Shown: in pieces, positions 49,104 through 56,317 of the stretch
Layout of the letters: every line of letters starts with the position of its first letter
How positions within the stretch are numbered: the first letter of the stretch is position 1
Assembly: GCA_964591485.1 (NCBI GenBank)
Contig: CAZQDE010000009.1
Coordinates: 19 to 64,018 of the forward strand
Direction of reading: 5' to 3'
Length of the DNA stretch: 64,000 bases
Source of the DNA: an uncultured Anaerolineaceae bacterium
Lineage (GTDB): Bacteria > Chloroflexota > Anaerolineae > Anaerolineales > E44-bin32
Position numbers and translations under genes: made by a program
Notes under the pieces: generated by a model
The model's database searches: none
What the model was told of the DNA's origin: nothing
The model's input: the letters and a program-made list of their open reading frames with translations, nothing else

Positions 49104-50237
49104 TCAGGCCAACCTCTTGCGGAAGAAGAGCGCCGCCACGCCAGTGAAGGCCATGCCCAGGATGATCAACATCACGGCGTAGGGCCATAGGATCTCCAGG
49201 CCCACACCAGTCAGGAACATGCCGCGCGTGATGATGGCGTAATGCGTGCCGGGTAATCCCAGCGCCTCCAGTCTCATCACCTCCGGCATCGCCGCGATGG
49301 GGAAGAAAATGCCGGTCAGGAAGAACCCGGGGAAGAATATTAGCAAGAGGGAAAGCGCAAGCGCCGCGGCCTGGGTGCGCATGAAGACACCGATAATCAC
49401 TCCCATGCTCAGCACTGCAAATAGGAAGAAGATCGAGAGCAAGAAGAAGAGAGCGAAATTGCCATGGAACGGCACGTCGAACCAGGCCCTCGCCAGGACC
49501 GGCATGAAGATCACATTGGCCATGCCCACCAGGATATAGGGGGCCATCTTCCCCAGCAGCAATTCGGCGCGACCAATGGGAGTGGCCATAAGCTGCTCCA
49601 GTGTCCCGTGCTCACGCTCATGCGCCAGGGCCAGCGCGACCGAAAGGGCTGGGAACCCGAGCACCATGGAGATCAGCCCGGGAATAAGGTCTACACGCGG
49701 CTCCAGACCGGGATTGAACCATGCCCTCACCCTGAGGTCCACAGGCTGGAGCGTATCCAGCGGGATGCCCATGGCCTGAAGCTGGGCCGAGAGTTGATCC
49801 CGCAAGAATTGCTCGGCACGCCAGCCGACATGGTCCACTGCGAAGGCACCGCTCTCCGGCTCGGTCCCATCGATGATGATTTGCAGCGGCATGCCCTCCA
49901 GGCTCAGCAGGCGGCGGCTGAAATCAGGAGCCATGACCAAAGCGGCTTTGATCTCACCTCTAACAAGCAGTGCTTCGATCTCCTCCAGCGAGTCCACGTA
50001 GCCGTAGAGGTCCAGATCCTTCCCCGCGGCAATCCCCTGCACGAAAGACCGCGAAATGGAACTGCGATCATGATCGAGCACAGCAAAGGGCACATGCTCA
50101 ATGTCCACGGTGAGGGCATATGCCATCAGCAGCAGCAACAGCGTGGGCGTGAGAAGCACCAGGATGAAGGTCGATCGGTCCCGCAGGATGTGATAGGTTT
50201 CCTTCCGGGCCACAGCCAGGAGATGGCGCCAGGACAT
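49104..50237 (-). CDS. ABC-2 efflux permease (YbhS-like)
   Basis: KETYHILRD, WFNPGL and HEREHGTLEQLMATP. Start set at ATG 50237. Confidence 0.9.
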   Translation of the reverse strand: MSWRHLLAVARKETYHILRDRSTFILVLLTPTLLLLLMAYALTVDIEHVPFAVLDHDRSSISRSFVQGIAAGKDLDLYGYVDSLEEIEALLVRGEIKAALVMAPDFSRRLLSLEGMPLQIIIDGTEPESGAFAVDHVGWRAEQFLRDQLSAQLQAMGIPLDTLQPVDLRVRAWFNPGLEPRVDLIPGLISMVLGFPALSVALALAHEREHGTLEQLMATPIGRAELLLGKMAPYILVGMANVIFMPVLARAWFDVPFHGNFALFFLLSIFFLFAVLSMGVIIGVFMRTQAAALALSLLLIFFPGFFLTGIFFPIAAMPEVMRLEALGLPGTHYAIITRGMFLTGVGLEILWPYAVMLIILGMAFTGVAALFFRKRLA

Positions 50238-50238
50238 G

Positions 50239-51186
50239 TCAGTCGGCCTCCTGGGTATCCATCTGGCGGATGAGGGAGATGAAGGCCTCCTCCATCCGCG
50301 GCGGAGTCCGGCGCAACGATTGAATCCCCACCCCCTCCTCTTCCAAGCGGACTTGAATCTCAGGCAGCCGGACGCCGGCGTCATCGACCACAAGATGCAG
50401 GGCCTCGCCATAGGTCTGCACCTCCAGGACGCCTTCCATCCCGGCCAGCGTCCTGCGGGCCGCCCGCCAATCTTCAGGACGCAGCTCAAGCAGATCGCCC
50501 GGCAATCGTCGCCGCAGCGCCTCGGGAGTGTCGCAGATGATCATGCGCCCCTCGTACATGAGGCCAACTCGCATACAGCGGTCGGCTTCGTCCATATAGG
50601 GCGTGCTCACGACTATCGTCGTGCCCCGCAGGTTCAGATCTCCCAGAATCTCCCAGAATTCGCGCCGCGATACGGGGTCCACACCCGTGGTCGGCTCATC
50701 CAGGAGCAGGACCTCCGGCTCATGGATCAGGGTGCAGGCCAGGGCCAGCTTCTTCTTCATCCCGCCTGATAGATGCACAGCCCGCCGGCCCTCAAAACCC
50801 TCCAGCCCCGCAAACGCCAGCAAATCGGCCGCACGCAGCTCGACCTCCTGTGGGTCCACATCGAAGATTGCGGCGAAGAAGCGCAGGTTCTCCATCACCG
50901 AAAGTTCCCCATACAGACTAAACTCCTGCGCCATGTAACCCACTTTCCGTTTGGCCGCCTCGGCCTGCCTCGAGAGGTCATAGCCTGCAATCCAGGCCTC
51001 GCCCTCCGAAATCGACAGCAGCCCGGCAAAAAGGCGCAGTGTGGTCGTCTTGCCAGCTCCGTCCGGGCCGACCAGGCCGAAAAGTTCACCGCGCCGGATC
51101 TCCAGGTCGAGCCCCTCGACGGCCCAGACCTTTCCGAATCGCCGCCCTAGTCCTTGGCAGCGGATGATGGGATCGGGAATCTCCAT
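50239..51186 (-). CDS. ABC-2 efflux ATP-binding protein
   Basis: GPDGAGKTT, LSGGMKKK, LDEPTTGVDP and STPYMDEA. Confidence 0.93.
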   Translation of the reverse strand: MEIPDPIIRCQGLGRRFGKVWAVEGLDLEIRRGELFGLVGPDGAGKTTTLRLFAGLLSISEGEAWIAGYDLSRQAEAAKRKVGYMAQEFSLYGELSVMENLRFFAAIFDVDPQEVELRAADLLAFAGLEGFEGRRAVHLSGGMKKKLALACTLIHEPEVLLLDEPTTGVDPVSRREFWEILGDLNLRGTTIVVSTPYMDEADRCMRVGLMYEGRMIICDTPEALRRRLPGDLLELRPEDWRAARRTLAGMEGVLEVQTYGEALHLVVDDAGVRLPEIQVRLEEEGVGIQSLRRTPPRMEEAFISLIRQMDTQEAD

Positions 51187-51193
51187 CGACTGG

Positions 51194-51466
51194 CTAGCTG
51201 CTCCGGGCCCGCTTGATGATCCACAGGACCAGCAGCGCACCGATGGCGGGCTCCAAAGCCACGCCCAAATACTTCAGGGTGGTGCTGAATCCCATAGCGG
51301 GGATGACGAACCAATCGATGAGGCCCACTGCGATGGTCGTTGCCACCGCCACGTAGTAATCGCCGGGCACTCCCAGGGGGCGCTCCTCTTTCCAAATGAA
51401 TCCTGCCACGTAGCCCATCAAAAGCCCCACAATAGCCATGGCTACAACCAGAATCAGGATTTCCAT
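51194..51466 (-). CDS. Small membrane protein (GlsB/YeaQ/YmgE-like)
   Basis: 90 aa with three TM helices; good SD. Confidence 0.65.
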   Translation of the reverse strand: MEILILVVAMAIVGLLMGYVAGFIWKEERPLGVPGDYYVAVATTIAVGLIDWFVIPAMGFSTTLKYLGVALEPAIGALLVLWIIKRARSS

Positions 51467-51493
51467 CTCGTCCTTCCTTTCCTCCGTACAAGA

Positions 51494-52426
51494 TCAGACA
51501 CCGGCGGATTCCGGCAAGGTGAGCTGGTGTGCCGGGTGGAGCGCGCCGCGCTTCAACGCCCTGCGCAGGCGTGCCCTCCAGCCAGGTCCCAGCCTCAAGG
51601 GTTCGGCGGCCAACGCCTGTCGCGCCAATTCGCGCCCCAAGGAAATGAGGCGGTCGGCCTGCCCATAATCCCAGAAGGAAACCTCTATCGGCGCCGGCAG
51701 CTCGATCACCCGTAACGCCGCCCCCAGCCGACGCGCCCAGCATTCCTCATACGCCCGTTGCGCTTCGACCATCAGCGAGAGTGCATAGCCACTGATGCCC
51801 AGAATCCCCTTGGCCGTGGCATTCGACCCCATGGAGAAGCCCACATTCAGGCCCACGATGCGTGTGGCGCCCCGCTCGATGGCCGCGGTCAGCGGCAGCT
51901 TGGCAAAGACGCCACCATCCAAATAGCGCTCGTCACCAACAGGCCAGGGCGGAAAATAGGGAGGCACCGCCGTGCTCGCCATGGCACCATCCAGGAGACG
52001 GTCCTGGGGATCATCCCCGAAGACCCGCATCTTGCCGCTGCGCATCCCCACCGCCACAGCGTAGGCCCGGATGCCTGTCTTGGCCGTCAATTCCCCGAAA
52101 GTGTCCATCCCGCGTGGCAGGTTCTCGCGCAGGAAAGCCGCCAGTGCTTCGCTGGCCAGAAGACCGTCCTTGCCGCTCACGATCCTGCGCAGGGCGACGA
52201 AAGGCTTGGGAACACCCACCTGATCCGGCCCGGCTCGCCGCCAGGTGTCCTGCAACTCCTGGACACCCTCCAGGCTCGGCCGGGCGCCCAGATAGATGGC
52301 ATTCAACGCCCCCGCCGAGGAACCCACAACCATCCGGGGCATCAGGCCCTGTTCGAGCAAGACCTCGAGCGCCCCGGCTTGCATGGCGCCAAAATTGGCC
52401 GCACCGCTCATGACGAGTGCCAGCAT
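51494..52426 (-). CDS. Patatin-like phospholipase
   Basis: SGAANFGAMQAG, GSSAG nucleophile elbow and YLDGG. ATG overlaps the upstream TGA. Confidence 0.9.
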   Translation of the reverse strand: MLALVMSGAANFGAMQAGALEVLLEQGLMPRMVVGSSAGALNAIYLGARPSLEGVQELQDTWRRAGPDQVGVPKPFVALRRIVSGKDGLLASEALAAFLRENLPRGMDTFGELTAKTGIRAYAVAVGMRSGKMRVFGDDPQDRLLDGAMASTAVPPYFPPWPVGDERYLDGGVFAKLPLTAAIERGATRIVGLNVGFSMGSNATAKGILGISGYALSLMVEAQRAYEECWARRLGAALRVIELPAPIEVSFWDYGQADRLISLGRELARQALAAEPLRLGPGWRARLRRALKRGALHPAHQLTLPESAGV

Positions 52427-52959
52427 CAGACCCTCCCCCTCCTCTCCGAAGGACTCGGATTCGTAACCGCGCCCCTCCAAGCCACTGGGCGCAGCTCCAC
52501 TACAGGGATGTAAGCGGCCAGCGCCCGGTAGGCCGCCTCGGAGGGCTCCATCTCGAACCCCATAAACGAAGCAAGAGCTCGCAGCGCAGCGGGGTACTTG
52601 CGCCCGTATTCTGCGAAGATCTCCCCAGCCCGCGCCTCGGGCAGCGGCTCGGCCTGAACCCTCCACCTCCGGTTCCCCACCTGAATCCAGGCTTCCGGTT
52701 GCGCCCGAATATTCCTGAACCAATCGGCCTTGGGTCCCCAAGCTGAAGCCACATAGTATATCCCACGCTCCGGATCGTGGCTGACCACTTCGAGCACGGT
52801 CCTGCGCGTCAGTCCGCTCCGCCGGCCGCGATGCTCCAACATCAAGAAGCGTGAACCCAGGAGCCAGCCCAACCGCGCCCTGTAGAGTGCGACCGGCAAG
52901 CGCGCCAGCCAGCGCATCCACCCCCGCAGCGGCCTGGGCTCCCGTTTGCGTCGCAACAT
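52426..52959 (-). CDS. Deazaflavin-dependent nitroreductase family (DDN-like) oxidoreductase
   Basis: LEHRGRRSG, VASAWG and ADWFRNIRAQP. Confidence 0.85.
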   Translation of the reverse strand: MLRRKREPRPLRGWMRWLARLPVALYRARLGWLLGSRFLMLEHRGRRSGLTRRTVLEVVSHDPERGIYYVASAWGPKADWFRNIRAQPEAWIQVGNRRWRVQAEPLPEARAGEIFAEYGRKYPAALRALASFMGFEMEPSEAAYRALAAYIPVVELRPVAWRGAVTNPSPSERRGRV

Positions 52960-52962
52960 GTC

Positions 52963-53214
52963 TCACCTCAATTCGATGGCCCGCTCGGGACACTGCAACA
53001 CGCAAGCACCGCAGGCGATGCAGCCTTCTTCGTTCTGGAAGATCGCCACCCCTTGCACCCGATCAGGAAGCCAGCAGCCCACCGGGCACACCTCATAGCA
53101 TTCCCACACACCCTTGCATCGAGCCGCATCGAAGTGGATGCGTAGGTGGCGCAGTTGTCGAGCCAGGCGCCAGTGCTCCGCCAGAAGCGATCCCAATCCA
53201 GGCGACTCAGCCAT
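52963..53214 (-). CDS. 4Fe-4S dicluster ferredoxin (HgcB-like position)
   Basis: CKGVWECYEVCP and CIACGACVLQCP; 3 bp from the corrinoid gene. Confidence 0.88.
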   Translation of the reverse strand: MAESPGLGSLLAEHWRLARQLRHLRIHFDAARCKGVWECYEVCPVGCWLPDRVQGVAIFQNEEGCIACGACVLQCPERAIELR

Positions 53215-53217
53215 GGC

Positions 53218-54840
53218 TCACCGCCAACCGAACACCCGGGGCACCAGCCAGTAGGCCAGGCCCAGCGCTGCACCTATCACCGCCTCCCAGCCCCAGTTCG
53301 CCTGCTCGCCGCGCATCAGCGGCGACATCCCTTGAAGCTCGGCCGCCACAAACACCGAGAGGCCGGCCAACCCGATGCCCCGCGCAAAGATGCTGGACGC
53401 CGGAGCCGGATCCACGAGCCAGGTGTATAGACCCAGCCCAAGCAGGCTGATCACAGCCAGCGGCAGGCTCTTCGCCAGTCCATCGCGCCCAGGCAGCCAC
53501 GGCATGGCTATGGCGTAGAAGGTCGAGAGCCCCACCAGGCTGAGCAGGACCGGCCGAAAGAGCAAGGGCCAGAAGACGGCAACCGGCAACAGGATGAGCA
53601 AGCCGTAGAAACCTAGCGTCACGGCCATCATCTCAAGGCGGTCGCGCATCGGGAAGCGGACCCAGCGCATGCTGTCCGTTTTTTGCAATTCTGCCCGCAG
53701 ATAGGCGGGGATATCAGCCGCGCGCACCGGCCCCCAATGCACTTCCCATCCTGTCTCCCGCCGGATCTTCCAGCCGTCGACGCCGTTGGCGCAAAGCTGG
53801 GGCAGGATCAGGCACTTCCGCCGCAAGTAGCTCTCCAGCCCACTGGCATGGATTGCTCCGATCACCCGCTCCGCCGTGAGGAAGCCCCCGCCGGCTGCGC
53901 ACCATACGTTGATGCCGCTCGAGTTCACCACCAGGACCCAGGCGTCCACCCGCCCATCCAGCGGCGCAATCAGACGCCTGACGGTGAGATCGAAGTTTCC
54001 CGTTGCCAGCACGGGCGACTCCGGCCCGGGGTTCCCGAGCCTGTAGAGGCCGGGCTCGACCTTAGGATAAGGCGGCAAGATGCGCAGAAAGAGACCCCAT
54101 AGATCGAGCGCCAGCGTGCGTAGATCCACCCGATGCTGGAGCCGACCCAGCACGGGCAAGGTTTGGCCCTGTCCCGGCGGCACCTCCTTCGCGTCGGCCA
54201 CCATCATCAGCAGGCTCCCCCAAAGGATGCTCTCGCACCGGTTGACCCGAAATCCCGCCTGGTCGAGCATTCTCTCGAGATCCCGCAACGGATGAGTCGT
54301 GGTCCGAGTAAGGAGCCATGTGAGCACGCATAGAGGGATGCGCAGGAAGAGGTAGAGAACCGCGGCTACGGGCTGGCGAGGGCGGACCTCGTCGACCAGG
54401 ATCAACCGGCCATCCGGCGCGAGGATCCGCTGTATCTGTCGCAGCACTTGGAGCCGGGCTTGACCCGGCAATTCGCTGAGGAGCAGGCTGGCCACAACGG
54501 TTTCGAAACTTTCGGGCTCAAAGCGCTCTTCGAGCATCGCCGCATCGCTGCACACCCAGCGGACGCGGTCCGCGAATCCAGCCTCCTCGAGGCACCGTTT
54601 CGCTTCGGCGAGCATCGGCGCGGATACATCCAGCGCGGTTACCGCCGCGCCCCTCGCCGCCATCTGCAAGACTAGATCGCCGGTTCCGCAGCCAAGATCC
54701 AGCACCCTTTCTCCCGGCTGGATCCATCTCTCCGCGATCTTCGTATGCAGCCGCGCCAGGCGCCCTAAGGTGAGCAGCCGGATACCACGGGCATAGTCCC
54801 TGGGCCGCGTTTCGAGCCATTTCATAAATACCGTGGCCAT
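53218..54840 (-). CDS. Class I SAM methyltransferase fused to an HgcA-like (CdhD-type) corrinoid domain and membrane domain
   Basis: VLDLGCGTGD, then PGLYRLGNPGPESPVLATGN, GINVWCAAGG, LILPQL, WGPVRAADIPAYL, and 4-5 C-terminal TM helices. Confidence 0.85.
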   Translation of the reverse strand: MATVFMKWLETRPRDYARGIRLLTLGRLARLHTKIAERWIQPGERVLDLGCGTGDLVLQMAARGAAVTALDVSAPMLAEAKRCLEEAGFADRVRWVCSDAAMLEERFEPESFETVVASLLLSELPGQARLQVLRQIQRILAPDGRLILVDEVRPRQPVAAVLYLFLRIPLCVLTWLLTRTTTHPLRDLERMLDQAGFRVNRCESILWGSLLMMVADAKEVPPGQGQTLPVLGRLQHRVDLRTLALDLWGLFLRILPPYPKVEPGLYRLGNPGPESPVLATGNFDLTVRRLIAPLDGRVDAWVLVVNSSGINVWCAAGGGFLTAERVIGAIHASGLESYLRRKCLILPQLCANGVDGWKIRRETGWEVHWGPVRAADIPAYLRAELQKTDSMRWVRFPMRDRLEMMAVTLGFYGLLILLPVAVFWPLLFRPVLLSLVGLSTFYAIAMPWLPGRDGLAKSLPLAVISLLGLGLYTWLVDPAPASSIFARGIGLAGLSVFVAAELQGMSPLMRGEQANWGWEAVIGAALGLAYWLVPRVFGWR

Positions 54841-55446
54841 CTAACCCTCGCGCCTCCGCACACCTTCATAGAAGAGATTCCAGGCGGCATGCTCCATGCG
54901 GTCCCAGTCCACGCCGCTAGGGTCGATGATCCAAAAGAGGGCGATCCCTTCGATCAGGCCGATGGCGGCCAGGGCAAATTCCTCCGGCTCAAGGGGTTTG
55001 AATTCGCCGGCCTGGATGCCCTGCCGCAGGAGGTCAGTCAGGATTTGCTGGTACCGCCGATAATAGGCGAGCAACACGCGCCGAACGGCTTGGTTGCGCG
55101 CTGCTAATGCGAAGAACTCATAGCCCAGTGGCAGAATGCGTTCGAAACGACGGATTTCCTGCACGCTGGCCTGCATGATGGATTGGATACGTTCGGCCGC
55201 CGATCCCTCGCCTTCCAGCAGGTGCTCAGCGGTTCGCATGGGCATGGCGAAGATCCGTTGGAGCAAGGCATGGATAAGCTCTTCCTTGCTGCGGTAGTAC
55301 CAATAGAGGGCCCCTTTCGAGAGGCCCGATTCACTGGCGATGTCGTCCATGCGAGCGCCGTGGAACCCTCGCAAGGCGAAGATCTTTTCGGCCGCGTCGA
55401 GGATCTGGCTGCGGCGCCGCTGCTCGCGGTCTTCCGAAGATGGCAT
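54841..55446 (-). CDS. TetR/AcrR family transcriptional regulator
   Basis: ILDAAEKIFALRGFHGARMDDIASESGLSKGALYWYYRSKEEL helix-turn-helix. Confidence 0.95.
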   Translation of the reverse strand: MPSSEDREQRRRSQILDAAEKIFALRGFHGARMDDIASESGLSKGALYWYYRSKEELIHALLQRIFAMPMRTAEHLLEGEGSAAERIQSIMQASVQEIRRFERILPLGYEFFALAARNQAVRRVLLAYYRRYQQILTDLLRQGIQAGEFKPLEPEEFALAAIGLIEGIALFWIIDPSGVDWDRMEHAAWNLFYEGVRRREG

Positions 55447-55450
55447 ATTT

Positions 55451-55466
55451 GACTGACCGGTCAGTC
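55451..55466. promoter_or_regulatory. Putative TetR operator
   Basis: Perfect palindrome GACTGACCGGTCAGTC between the -10 box and the tetR ATG. Confidence 0.8.
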
Positions 55467-55473
55467 TAGCGTT

Positions 55474-55502
55474 ACTTTAGGATCAACATTCCCACCTGTC
55501 AA
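55474..55502 (-). promoter_or_regulatory. Sigma70 promoter of the tetR operon
   Basis: TTGACA (55502-55497), 17-nt spacer, TAAAGT (55479-55474). Confidence 0.8.
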
Positions 55503-55521
55503 GCGCTGCGGACTCCCTGCA

Positions 55522-55530
55522 TGCTATAAT
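55522..55530 (+). promoter_or_regulatory. Extended -10 promoter, leaderless start of the DsbA-like gene
   Basis: TGcTATAAT, 6 nt, then ATG at 55537. Confidence 0.7.
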
Positions 55531-55536
55531 CCCGCC

Positions 55537-56301
55537 ATGACTGACACACCCACACCCCCCGAACTGCTCCAACCCGCCGCCGAGCCGGAGAAGGCGCCCC
55601 CGGATGAGGTCCGCTTTCGACGCTCCCATCTCTACGCCGCCCTGCTTCCGCTGGCCTTCGTGGCTGGCCTAGGCGCCGGGTTTCTCTTCTGGGGACGCGA
55701 TCAGGCCCCACCCCAGGCCCAGGCAGCGGCCCCTGACGCGCCCTCCGGCGCCATCGATTTGCGCGCCCAGCAGGGGCAAGTTCGGCTTGAAGTAAGCCCT
55801 GATGACGATGCCGCCCTGGGACCCGAGGACGCGCCTGTCACCATCATCGAATTCAGCGACTTCAACTGCCGCTACTGCCGACGCTTTCACCACGAGACCT
55901 TCGGTCCTCTGCTCGAGAGGTTCGCGGATCAGATCCGCTTCGTGTATCGTGATTTCCCGGTGGTGGGGGGCTTCGAAGCCGCCCAGGCCGCTGAGTGCGC
56001 CCGCGAACAGGGCGATTTCTGGGGCTTTCACGACGCCTTATTCAATAGTGAAGGAGTGGCGCTCGACCGCGATCTCTACCAGACCCTGGCGGAGGAGCTC
56101 GGGTTGCACCCTGAAGCCTTGATCGCCTGTCTGGAGGAGGGGCGCTACGCCGCGGAAGTCGAGGCCGACGCTCGATATGCCGCCAGCCTGGGCGTCAACG
56201 GGACGCCCACGTTCTTCATCAACGGCATTCCCATCGTCGGAGCCCAGCCGTTGACAGTCTTCACACAGATTATCGAGGCGGAACTTTCCGAAGGCAGCTA
56301 G
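55537..56301 (+). CDS. Membrane-anchored DsbA/thioredoxin-fold protein
   Basis: TM anchor, GPEDAPVTIIEFSDFNCRYC, YRDFP, GVNGTPTFFING and GAQP. Confidence 0.92.
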   Translation: MTDTPTPPELLQPAAEPEKAPPDEVRFRRSHLYAALLPLAFVAGLGAGFLFWGRDQAPPQAQAAAPDAPSGAIDLRAQQGQVRLEVSPDDDAALGPEDAPVTIIEFSDFNCRYCRRFHHETFGPLLERFADQIRFVYRDFPVVGGFEAAQAAECAREQGDFWGFHDALFNSEGVALDRDLYQTLAEELGLHPEALIACLEEGRYAAEVEADARYAASLGVNGTPTFFINGIPIVGAQPLTVFTQIIEAELSEGS

Positions 56302-56317
56302 CGACTGCAGAAATAAA

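Noticed and set aside
53218-54840. Calling this gene hgcA (true mercury methylase)
   Set aside because: The cap helix ends GG rather than GK, the C-terminal signature differs, a methyltransferase is fused at the N-terminus, and the ferredoxin lacks HgcB features. I treat it as a paralogue until tested.
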